Positions 35,405 to 47,482 of a DNA stretch of 64,000 nt are shown here, in pieces (position 1 is the stretch's first letter; the number at the start of each line of letters is the position of its first letter). Source of the stretch: Takakia lepidozioides (taxonomy: Eukaryota > Plantae > Bryophyta); the NCBI GenBank assembly GCA_030704615.1, contig CM060734.1, positions 27,218,001 to 27,282,000 on the forward strand. Reading direction: 5' to 3'. A program made the position numbers and the translations under genes. The notes beneath the pieces are model-generated. The model was not told where the DNA came from. It saw only the letters and a program-made list of their open reading frames with translations, and did not search any database.

Positions 35405-37810
35405 AAAATATTAATGTCATGTCAAGACACAGACAAGACCAGTAGGGTCGTTGTTAATTAAAGACATCATCCGCCCTTTACAGGGCACCATCTAACACCT
35501 CCTTCCATGCACAACTCCTCAAATGATTGAACTGTAGATTTCAAAGTACATGAAATCTCAGGGTGGGAGGGTGGGCGTTTTTTTAAAAAGGCCATTCATC
35601 ATTCAAAGAGACCATCAACCCCCTTGCTTTATACCATTTGCAGCAGCTCAGTTGGATCTGAGAGGGCTGTTTGAGAAAGTCTTCATTCCAAAGTCTACAT
35701 TTCATAAGAAAACAGTCCTATGCCATGAGCAATTATGAATAAACACTTCACAGGTCTGGATATAGTGTTCCAGAACCCTAGCATGTCGTTTTCAGTGCAT
35801 CACAAGAACTTTCAAAGCATTGCCAAGGTAAAAAATAAAGCCGAAGGGTCATGAAAACATATGACAGATCTGACATAGCATAACCAGACCTGTAACCCTT
35901 TATTGCAGTCTCATTGTAAGCCAGCCTCTAGATCATTCATGCCCCTTAATAAAACTGAGTCTCAAACTGAGCTTTCAGGTCATTCATCATTGAAGGAGAC
36001 AATCAACACCCTTGATTTATGCCCTCATAGAAAGAAATGAGCCATAAACACTAGTTGCAGGTGCATTGCTGCATTTTACTTACACGGATACACCTGTGTC
36101 AAGCGGTTTCCAGCATAGATACCTTCAGGTACAAATCTGGAAATGGTATTCCAGCACCCCATAAGAAACATTTAGAGCATATACGTCACAATAAGGATAT
36201 CCAGAATCACTTAACCTTTACCATGTCATAACCCCAAGGGCTTGGGGGAATGTAATCTGGTTTGACTCTCCATAAGGCAAAGAAATAAAATAAAACCAAG
36301 CATTTTAATAAAGGCCTGGAGATGGCTTGATCCTCCATAAAGCCAGAGCCATTTAATAGAGGTCCGATCTGCAATCGGGTTATGAACTCAGGCGCCGTTG
36401 ATGGGGGTCTTAGAAAAAGGTTCACCTCATCCATTTCCTAGTACATGTATCTCTGTTGTTAACAAGGCAAACCAGTTTGCTGCTTGTGCCTCCATAAAGC
36501 CACAACACTTTTCATAAAGGCCTGAAAATGGTGTACCAGGCTTTGTCAAAAAATTCTACCACGATCAATCTTGTAACCAGATATCTCTATCACTGAAACC
36601 ACAGGGCATTCACTATAATGTTTGTAATCTAGGAAGCATTGCATAAGACCTTCTTCATAAGCTAAACCATAACCAAAAGATGAGGTCAAAGTTTAAAGCG
36701 TATCCCCATTGAAGCGAATTCTGAAGCGGCGGTGTGCAGCGACAGTAGATCGCAGCCCACTCATCCATTCTGCTCAGTCCAGATCACCTGCAAGCTCTGT
36801 AAATCACATCAAGTGAGTCCCTCACCTGCGCCCGTCCCCAAAACATGTTTTGTGCGTTGGTGAGGATGCGCGAGGTGAGTCGCAGGACTTCACAGTTGCT
36901 ATCCATGTCAGAGGTGAGCTACAAAGCAGGAAAAGAGATCAATTGGACAAGCATAAGCAGAAACAACCAAAAACTTTCAAAGTTAGTGGAACTAGTGGAT
37001 TTTGCAGTATAACATCCAAGATCTGGCATATGACAAAGCAAAACGCAGTAGCTTTGCTGTAGGGGAGAGAAAACAAGCCTCCACAGATCAGTTATGGCGC
37101 CGCTGCAGCATAAGTGCACAATGAAAGATATCTCCGGAAAGCATAGTAGCGGCTCGGCTGCCAGCATGTGGAGTGAAGACACCAGCAGGGGAACTCCTCA
37201 TTCAACCGCACCTACGCCTCCCAAGGAGATCAACAACGCGGGATTGTGCGGCGATTCAAGCCGCCATCGCGCAGCTCCAGGAAAATCACAAGCCCAGGTG
37301 TCGGGCTGTTTAGGTTTAGAGAGGTGAACCAAAATCGTTTCCCCGCGATTTTTCATCCGGTCTGGATGGAAAATTGGCTTAGCTGATAGGTCATTTTGCA
37401 GGTTTTCATCCAGAAGGGATGACTTCCGTCGGTTTCCAAAATATCATCCGTCGTGGATGACATCCGTCATGGATGAATAATTGAGCCAGTCATCAGGTTT
37501 TACGTAGTCATACGAAAAATACTCGGCTGTCCATTAGTCATCCATCCAAAAAAAATTCTTAAGGTTTCCATCCATTATGGATGAAACCCTACTAGATCCA
37601 TTAGGGATTATAAAAATTCCACACTAGGTATAGTACTGGAAAAAATGTTAAAATCCCAAACATGTATTTGGAGAGAAGGAGAGAGAGGGAGAGAGAGGGT
37701 TCCCGCCATCCAACCCCTGGTATGGCAGTCCTTTACGGAGTGAGTGTGGTATGCACTCACCCCGTAAGGGAGCGCATACCAGACCCCTTCACGTAAAGCT
37801 CTCCCTCTAC
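35405..37810. repeat. Diverged, inverted member of the ~3-kb repeat family
   Basis: 35410-35580 is a diverged reverse complement of ~8130-8300. CATCC/GGATG-rich tract at 37350-37600 and hairpin module at ~37670-37808 follow in mirror order to 54612-57665. Confidence 0.7.
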
Positions 37811-38364
37811 ATTGTATTTTTATCCTTGGTCTTGAAATACCATAAGGATAAAATGCCTCCAATCTCTCCTCCCATACCAAGAATGAACAATGGCTTAGCA
37901 CGAAACATGTTGTGCAAAACAGAGTAGAAAGTTTCTAGGTTACTTTTTATCTTGTCAACACAGCCTTCACAAAGACAAGCCTGTGTATAGGGATTATGAG
38001 TGTTCCTCAACCAAGGGCAGCAAACAGCTTGTAACATGCCAACATCGCCTTCACAAGTTAGGACAGGCTTGAGTATAGGAATTATCAGTGTACTTCAGCC
38101 AATGGCAACACACTACTGCACATAATTTCACCCAGTTAGCCAATTTTCTGGTTACAGAAGCAAATTTCCTAATAGATAAAATCATACCATATTAGGGATT
38201 TAGTGCTCCATATTACTGACATGGAGGTAAGGTGGGCTGATACCTCATGGTCAAGTGATCAATGACATAACAAGAATACAGCTGGACAGGTAGAGTCATG
38301 ACTTTTCCATGTTACCTCTTAGCTGTTGAACAAGCTGTTGTTTCCAGGTTACCTTTTATGTTGT

Positions 38365-39275
38365 TGTCGAACGGCTTTTACTCACCCATCCCTTCGCTAT
38401 CCGAGGTGGGAACTCCAAGATAGAAGAGTTGGATATCTCTAAGCACTCAGCCCGCTCAGAACAATCAGTCATGACCTACAGCTAGTGTATCATGGTTGTG
38501 CTTCCTGTTTGTATTTCTTCTTGCCTTTATGTTAGCAAATTACCTTACTGTGTATACTTAAGCATCAGATTGCTTCAGTATCTATCAGGTTCCATTCACT
38601 CATCCATTCATTCCACAGCTTCACTCAAGTCTCTCTACACAGTGTGATTGTATCGAATAAGTATCAGATTAAGATTTATCATGTATCAGGCCGAAGCCAT
38701 GGTGTCCCTAGCCTGCTCTATGGTATATCACTACAACTTGCATAAATCAAGCATCATTAGTTCGTGACTCCTCCATCTCCCCGTTCCAGATCGTGCTCTC
38801 CTTCCCGATGGCTAAGTCCTGATCTCTAGAAGTGTCATCCAAGAAGTGTCCTCCATGTCGCTGCTCTGCTTAATTTATCTGCAAGCTGTTCTAACCGCCT
38901 AACGAACTAACTGTCACCCAAGAAGTAAACACGTTCCCTCTGCAGATGTCGTTCCCACACAGTCGTTCCCTACCAATGATAACCGTTCCCTATGTACGCC
39001 GTGACGGGCTATGCCAAGATGTATCGGGCTGTGACTGTGCCAAGCTGTGACTGGCTATGATAGACTGTGATAGGCTGTGTCCGGCTGTGATGGACTGTGA
39101 TAGGCTGTGTCCAGCTGTGACTGAGTGTGTAAGCCTGTCTACCACCCCTAAAGCCTGTGCCTGTCACCCCTAAGGCCTCTGTTGGTCTAAGTCTACCATC
39201 CGTAAGTTTGCGCAAAAATTAAGGGTACCCCACAAAACCCGTAAAACTGTCTAAGTCCCAGACAGCCCTCTAACA
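38365..39275 (-). repeat. Complete Gypsy 3' LTR (911 bp)
   Basis: Minus strand TGTTAG…TCGACA. Both ends are defined by the split copy-1 LTR halves and the adjacent PPT. Confidence 0.93.
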
Positions 39276-39292
39276 TTACCTCTCCCCCTCTC
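39276..39292 (-). promoter_or_regulatory. Polypurine tract
   Basis: Minus strand GAGAGGGGGAGAGGTAA directly before TGTTAG. Confidence 0.88.
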
Positions 39293-39316
39293 AAAAAGTC
39301 GTGTCCTCACGGTTTA

Positions 39317-42300
39317 CTATTTAGGATCAGCAAACCTTTGTGAACGAGCACCCTTCTGTCGGTGAGAGTCCTTTGGAGGGCTCTGTGTGCGAGCCCGAGC
39401 CCTGTCACTGGCTGATGGAGGTGATTGAGCACCAAATGGAAATGTTTGACCCTCCTTTGGTTGATAACAAGGTAACTTCTCAGGCATAGGAGATCCCCGT
39501 CGTTTCTTCTCTGCCATTTGTAGTGCATAGTCCTCCGCCATGTCAAAAGGTTCCTCCGTAGAACCAGTAGTATCATAATCATCTTCCCCCCTTTTGGTGC
39601 CCGAACCTTAAGTGGCTTCTCAGGAATCCTGCGTGGCATACACTGTTGGCCCACCATGTCTGGAAGCTTAAACTGTACTACTTGCATTAATCGCTTGCAA
39701 GCAAAATAAGTGTACTCCCTGAATTCCTTGTCCATATAGGTGAGAGGTGTGCCAATGACTTTGGAACAGTGTAAATATTTCCAGGCTTCATGTCCCTTAT
39801 AAAGAATATCGTCAGGGCCCAATTTTTCTTTGGCAAAGTTGTTCCAAGCCAAATTAAACCATGAATGAAGTTGGGAATCCTTCAGCAACATGACTTTCAC
39901 ATCATACAAATACATATGGGGTGGAACTGAAGGTAAGACCCAATGATCCCCAGTGGAATAACTCAGAAATCTTGACTGCATCTTCTGCTGCTCAATGTGA
40001 TAACGTGCAATGAAACAAGCAGCATAGTATAATCCACAGCCCATGACCAAACTATATACCTCATTGGTCTTGGTGTAGATGTACCCATGAACAACCTGTA
40101 AGGCAATTAATTCCTTCAGCATGGTGCCTGCCTCAGACCAGTACCTTGCAAAATGATGATCCTCAATGGGTCGGTTGTTCGGAAGAACCTTAGTCCTAGT
40201 TGCCACTGGCAACCAAATGCGCATGATCTGGTAATAGTGTGCCAAAGACTCTGGAGGACTGAATTTCTTCCAAGCCAAATCCATCAAAATGGGAATTTGG
40301 TTGAAGGGCATAATCATAGCCCGATTGTACTCAAGTGCAGCAGGAGTCCTAGGTGGGTTAAAAGCAGCATCCCCCCAGACCTCAAATTACTGCAGTGCCA
40401 TGGTATCAACAGCGTCGACCTGTTGTGGTTGTTGTGACATTGGCACCACTGTCCCTCATGTTGTCGGCAAGTCCTGCACCTCCTGTGACGAAGATTGGAA
40501 AATCAAAGTCCGTGCATGCAAATAAACAGCCCCCAACTCTTCCTCAGGAACAAAAACTCTTTTATCAATGTTGGAGCTCAAGTCATCCACTTGAGCCTGC
40601 AGCCCTTCCACATCATCATGTAACTCAGTTATTCTACTATAGACATTGTCTATAATGGTTGTGGCAATGTTCTGCACCTGCAACCTGAGATCATTCATCT
40701 CCCCCTGGGTGAGCTTTCTTGGTGCCTTCCCTTCCACCGGCCCTTGTATTAACCATACTTGCATAAGATGATTATCCACCAAGTCCTGTGTAGCACCCCT
40801 GAGAGTCTGTTCCTCCTTGAGTCTGTACATATCTAACTGCTGCTATAAAGCCTCCATGCGCTTCACATGAGGTTCAACCAGGGCTGCATAGGCAGCAGTC
40901 AGATTATTGGCTTCTTTCCAAGCCTTGGTAGTCACAGAAAGCTCATTCTTTCGTGATGTGAGCATTTGCTGCAACTCAAGGATGTAATTGTCCTTCTCAG
41001 CCTCAACCTGACTGTACTGTTGGAAAGTATCCTCATTGCAACGAATAGTAGCCTTCAAATCAGCAATGAGTTTCCCTTGCTCCACTGTCTCAGCCTCCAC
41101 CATCATACACCTCTCTGCTTGTCTGTTAATTTCTAATGCAGTTTGCTGCAAAGCAGTTGTTAGTGTGGCACATTGGATGGTCATTTTTTGATGAACTGCC
41201 TCCAACTCTATATGAAGCACCTTCACTTCCTATAATTTTCCCTCGTGCTTCACCTGCAACTGGTATAGCTGTTGCTTATGTACTTCATGCAACTTCTCCT
41301 TCTCCAGACCCGCTTCAATCAGATTCCCCTTTGCTAGCTGCAAGGCAGCCTTCATGTCCTCCAACTCTTTCTGCAACTTGAGGTTGGCCTCCACATCCAC
41401 CTTGTTTGCACACTCAGTGGTAATTCTAGCCTCAAACCCCTGTTTGGTTCCTCCCTCAAAGCTGCCAATTGTGTGGATGAAACATGGGATTTCACATAAG
41501 TGCCCAACAAATTGAGTGTCCTGCTTATGGAACTCATAAGCATGGCCTGATGTGGGTCTTCATGGGAAACTTGTTGATGGTCCCCCTGATTCTCCATAGT
41601 GTGATGTTTCACCAACCATTCAGGCCATGTTCCCACAAGATCTTCTTCCTGAACGACCTCATTCTCCACAGGTGCTGCAGTGCCCTTACATTCTACCTCT
41701 GGAACCTCCTCCACAGGTTCGGGCATCACATGCACAGCAGGGATTTTCTTGGTCAAATTCTGCATCTTTGGTACCACTGGTTCCCTGACCAAGCCAGAGT
41801 TTTCATAGAGAAGGTCACCCTTCTCAATTTCTGCCACTACCTGCTCTGTAGTGGGGATGTCTAACCCTTCTCTTTCCACAACAATAGGCTCTGGTGTAAC
41901 AGCATGTATTATCTGAGTTACCCCTGGGACACCTGAGTCAACTGGCTGTGGTGGCTGTGGTACTGAGGTGACTTCTTCCTCCCTCTCCAAAGGCCGTGCT
42001 TCCAGCAATAACAGCCCTCTATGCTGCTGTTCCCCATCCTGCACAAGAGCTATGGAAACATCATCTTGCGGTTTCCTTGAAGCTAGTGGATCTGCCACTA
42101 CAGTCGTATCCCGCTTTTGTCTCTTGGACTGGTGCTGCCCCTCCAATCCCCCTTCATCTTGTGACGAGCCCTGCTCCTCAATTGCAGTTGTGGCTGTCTC
42201 AAATACTCCCATCTCCTTGCGTTCTCGCGCATCAAATAAACAAGAATCAAGGATAATTTGCCCAATGATCGGGCCAGACACAATGATCGGAGATTTAGCA

Positions 42301-42839
42301 GCAGTGCCTTGTAACCGCTTCATCTCTTCCACCAGACCATTGTACATCAACTCCGCCCAAGCCACATCCTCTCCCCTCAAGGCTTTTAGTATCTCCTCCG
42401 TGAATGATCTGCTAAGGTACTGTTGGTTCTGCTTCATGGCAAACAGAACGTTCAGTATTTGGCCAACTTCCCTTAACCCTGGGTACTCGGCCTTGGTGCA
42501 GGTGTATCCTTGAATCTTAAAGAAACTCGCTTCTTGGAACAAATTCCCTATTTGCAATCTTGCCCTGTGTTAATCCACATTCACATGCCCAGATGGCAAT
42601 TCAAACAGTTGCTGCAAGTACTGGGGAGTAATCTCTATATCTACTCCCCTCACCTGTGTAACTCCTGTCCGAGGCTCAAAGTTCTGAATGAATTGAATCA
42701 TGAACTTCCGATGATGCAAAGACCATTCCTTGCGTAGCAGCCCTTCCAATCGCAACTCCTTCAGCAGCTGCACTGCCTGTGGTGTAGCAATTGTTTGCTA
42801 CTGCAGAATCGTGGTGCTCTTCATCCTGATATCCTCCAT
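39317..42839 (-). pseudogene. Large accessory ORF (~1100+ codons) between pol and 3' LTR: plant-transposon-protein-like N-terminus, acidic linker, coiled coil, unknown C-terminal domain
   Basis: ATG 42839, ORFs 42570..42773 and 41352..42557 share a frame. After a frameshift, 40843..41226, 40456..40830 and 39307..40317 share a frame. Motifs QVRGVDIEITPQYLQQLFELP and EDVAWAELMYNGL. Confidence 0.7.
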
Positions 42840-43075
42840 TCCCCTAATTCTCTTCATCCCAGACAAACAAGAAGGCCTTGTTTGGAATAGTTATAGGAAA
42901 GCTTGCAGGGTATAGAGCATAAAGGTATGGTTGGCACAGAAAGGAACGGGTAAGTGCGTGTAAGCCTGCGGGGCTTGCAGATAGTGGGTGAGAGAGAATG
43001 TCCTTTCAACCCGTCCGTCTTTGCGCCACTGCGTGAGAAGTAAAGCTAGCGTATAGTCTGTAATATCCGCCATAG

Positions 43076-43620
43076 CTACAAAGCTATAGCTTTGATTGCC
43101 CCTCCCGTTGAGACGCTGGTTATTCGGAGCCACCCGACTCTTCCGCTCATAACTCTTCTAATTTCTTGTTCTTGTTTCTTTGAGGGAACCACCTGCATGA
43201 AATTCTCGTTTCTGATTGGCCGTTGCCTCCTCAGGTAACTTCTAAATTCTACCCCCATCTGGTCACATTCCCACCTGGAATGTCCACTAGGACAGCACAT
43301 GTGGCAAAGGTCCCCCTTTGCTGTACGTGTAAAGGGTTCCGTTACCTTTTTCTTGGATGCATTAATGGGCCCGCAATTAGTTTCGGCTGCTGTACCGGGT
43401 AGGTACTTCGACGGCCCAGTTTGTTTTTTTGCATGATGACACCCGCTATTGCAGTTCATGCAATGCGGAGCGCTTTGCCCCTTAGGCCACGCGTTCAAAT
43501 TCAAACACTCTTCCGTCGCCCTCTGTCCGCGTGGCTTTTTCTCCGAGTTTGACTCCCAAGCTGACCTTACACTTACCGGCCACTTTTCTGACGTTAACCC
43601 GTGTCCACCTGTCAGTGATC
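43076..43620 (-). CDS. Small ORF with a CCHC zinc knuckle downstream of integrase
   Basis: CHMCCPSGHSRWEC fits C-x2-C-x4-H-x4-C. A second partial motif is CMNCNSGCH. Confidence 0.45.
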
Positions 43621-43796
43621 CTATGGATTGTGCAACCCGCGTGGGCTGTGTTGGGTTGTGATGAGCTGTGATAGGCTGTGTGATGTTGTGATGGGCTGTG
43701 ATAGGTTGTGTCATACTATGGTGGCCTGTGATGACTGTGTGAACACCCGTGTTCTACGCTCCGGCCATATACATTTGGCTTTACGACAAGTGCTTC

Positions 43797-46700
43797 ATGC
43801 TCCATTGGTGTTATCAATGTAAACTGTGTCTGCTTCTGTGTTTCAAAATGCAAATCATGCTGCAATGGTTTATCATGGATACCACTGGATCCTTTCAACT
43901 TATTGGCATTGACTCTTCCAAGCATCTCTTTGTTAATGGTACTTCTATATGACATAAGGTCCTTTCCATGGTGACTTAAGCTTAGAAGCTTTAATCTTTC
44001 TCTTCTTTTGCAACCACAGAACCAAATCACCCATCTTAAAAGTTTTCAATTTACCTTCATCAAATTGATCCTTCCTCTTCATCTGAATTCTGGTCATGTT
44101 ATCTACTGCATCAGCACGTACTTCTTCCACATGATATAATTCATGTTTACTGACTTTAATTGAATCCTCCAATTCCATTCTCCTTCCCCATTCAGTTCTC
44201 ATGGTAGGTAACAAGAATTCCACTGGAAGTAAAGCTTCCATACCATAAACTAATTGGAATGGTGTATACTTAGTGGTGACTTTATATGAAGTCATGTATG
44301 ACCACAAAGCTATCAGTAGCTTTGTATCCCAATCCGTTCTGTTTGTAATGACTATCTTAGCCAAAATAATGCATAGTTTGTTGGTGGCCTCTGCCTGCCC
44401 ATTATCTTGTGGGTAATAGGTTGTATTCTTCCTGTGCACAATCATGAATTCTTTAGTCAATAATTCTATGGTCTCATTAATGAAGTGACTACCCTGGTCA
44501 CTGATAAATTCCAGGGGACAGCCAAATCTTGTAAGTATGTTCTCATACAGGAACCTTGTTGTAGACTTAGCTGTGTTGTCCCTCAGAGCCTTATCTTCCA
44601 CCCACTTTGTAGTATCATCAGTGGCTGTGATTATATACTTGTTCTGTGTATTTCTGGCTAGTGGGTTTATTGGTCCAACAAAGTCTAGTCCCCATTTCTG
44701 AAATGGTTCAGTAGGCATTGTCGGATGCAAAGCCATCTTTCCAGATCTTTGCAAAGGTCCTAGCCTTTGACACTCATCACAACTCTTGCAATACTTGTGC
44801 ACATATTTGAACATAGTAGGCCACCAGTAACCTGCAAGTAGTATTTTTCTGCTGGTAGTCTCCTCTCCAAAATGACCTCCAGCCACTCCTTTATGAACTT
44901 CTTCCAAAACTTTATTTACTTCATGGTGGTACAAGCATCGTTTAAGAACTCCATCGGGTCCTAGCTTATACAATCTGCCACCTATCATAGTGTAGGGTAA
45001 AGCCTTGATAGCTATTCTCTTCCTCTGTTCCTTCCCATAACTGGGTGGGCACTGACCATGAGTAGTGTAGTATCTAATTGGCCACTGCCAATCTAACCAA
45101 TCATCTGCACTTCCCTGCACCTCCACTGCAAATAGACTCGCATCAGGTAGTTGGTCGTCTACTCCCGTGGCGGGCTCTCCTGTTGATAGGCGTGACAAGT
45201 GATCTGCCACAAGATGCAAACGGCCAGGCTTGTAAACAACTTTGAATTCAAACTCGTGCAAGATTATTAACCATCTTGCTATCCTGCCACTTATCAAAGG
45301 CTTGTTCACCAGATAAATCAAAGCCTAATGATCCACATAAAACATAAACTTCATTCCCAATAGGTAATGCCTGAATTTCTTGACTGCATAAATCATTGCC
45401 AATGCTTCTTTTTTAGTGGTGCTATAGTTCTTTTCAGCACTGTTCAACAACCTGCTAGCATAGTACACAGGTGAATCTATGTTTCCTATGATATTTTGAG
45501 CTAACACAGCTCCCAATGCTTCTCCTGAGGCATCACAGTGTACATGAAATACTACATGCCAGTGAGGGTTAATCAACACAGGTGTAGTTGTCACTGACAA
45601 TATAAGTTCCTCAAAAGCCTGGTGACATTCAGCTGTCCATGTAAACACTGCATCATTCTTCAAAAGCTTGCTCAATGGTGCTGCCATATGTGCATACCGT
45701 TTGACAAACTTTCTATAATAAGTAGTTTGTCCAAGGAACCTCCTTAGACCCTTAACGTTACTTGGTGGTGGTGAGGCTTTAATAGCCTCTATCTTTCTAG
45801 GATCCACAAGCAGTCCCTTCTTACACACAATGTGTCCCAATAGTACCCCTGAGTTCACACAGAAAGTACACTTTTCCGGATTCAGTCCAAGACCTCTCAT
45901 CCTGCATCTGGCCAAATATAATTCCAACTTCTGCAAGTGCTCATTCTTAGAGCTGTACACACTAAAGTCATCTAAGAACACTTGCATGAAATCATCCAGA
46001 TACTCGTGAAAAAATTCACTTATCACCCTCTATAAAGTTGCTGGTGCATTACAAAGTCCAAAAGACATGACTTTGTATGCATAAGCACCCTAGTCTATGA
46101 TGTAAGCTGTCTTTCCCTGTCTTCTTCCGCCACTTGCACTTGGTTATATCCACTGAAGCCATTCATGAATGAGTACATCTCATGGCCTGCCACAGTGTCC
46201 AGTACAGCTTCTGTGAATGGCAAAGGAAAGAGATATTTCTTTGTACAAACATTCAACTTCTTATAGTTCACACAAACTCTCAGTTTGCCATTCTTCTTGG
46301 GAACTATCACAATGGGTGACAACCAAGTTGTATACTCTATTGGGTATATGAACTTAGCCTCAGCCAGCTTCTTGATCTCTTCCCCAACCTTCTGTGCATA
46401 GTTAGGATTCATCATGTACCTAGTCTGTTTGATTGGTACCGACCCTGGTTCCAGTTCAATCTTATGTTGGCAAATCTCAGGTGGTATCCCTTTCAGATCC
46501 TCATAGCTCCAAGCAAATACATCTGTGTATTTGATAAACAGGCTCTTAGCTTCCTCAAAGAATTCTGGCTCCAAGTCAGCCCCTACTTTCACCATTCTTG
46601 GTTCCTCCTCAGTTCCCACATTCACGTCTCTCACCTGCTCTTTAGCTGTGATTGTCCATCCAGCCACTACTTCATCCTGTAAACTCACAGTGGCTGGTTC

Positions 46701-47482
46701 TTCTAGGATTTCCATTTCTCCCTCTTTTTCCTCATAGAAATGTGGTGGGTAACTACTTGTTTCCCCCTCAATTGGTGTTGCTGTTACTGCACCACAACAG
46801 ATACCTTTAAAACAACTCAGGCCTCTCAGTTGCATTTCTGCAACCTGCTCCCACTCTGGGTGCGTAGCAAACAGGGTAGCTTCCTGCTCCTCATCAAGTC
46901 CTCCCCTCCAGTCATACTCTCTGACTCCACGAGGACTTCTGGTAGCAGGTAGCCTACTAGATTTCTTAGTGGTGACCTGTATCTTGTGCTTCCCATCATG
47001 CACAGTCAGTAACTGGGAATTCCAGTCATGGAATACCCTGGCATGTTTCAGCCATGGTCGACCCAGCAATAAGGAGTAAGCTTCCATAACATCATCCATT
47101 TTCAACACAGTCATTGTGATCTTAAAGACCATCTTCTGAATCTGTATCTTAACTCCTCTTATCAAGCCTAAAGGCTGTACACTCGTTTGATCTGCCATTG
47201 TTACTGTAAATGGGGCTGGTTTCATGTTACTCAGACCAAGCTTTTGCCTTAATTGGTCTGTCTTAATATTCACTCCTGAGCCTCCATCTATCAGTACATT
47301 AGTCAAGTCTGTGCTTCCAATTCTCAATTGGATTACTGGCGTAGAATCATCAAAGTCCATGTCTGTTTCTTGCCCTTCAGGCTTCACATTATAACTTGTT
47401 ACCTTGCTGCTCAGGTCTGCGTTCTCTGTCACATGAGCAATCTGATTAATTGCTTGATACAGCCTATGCCTACAATGAGGTG
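43797..47482 (-). pseudogene. pol: Gypsy pol (PR-RT-RH-INT), copy 2
   Basis: ORFs 46095..47432, 45325..46026 and 43945..45321 carry the same motifs as copy 1, with different stops and a small deletion near 43940. Confidence 0.95.

Larger units (their letters stand above)
38365..47482 (-). mobile_element. Ty3/Gypsy copy 2 (same family as copy 1): pol, extra 3' ORFs, PPT, 3' LTR; 5' part cut off at 47482
   Basis: 43797-47482 is colinear with 8825-12538. PPT and a complete LTR are present. Confidence 0.95.
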
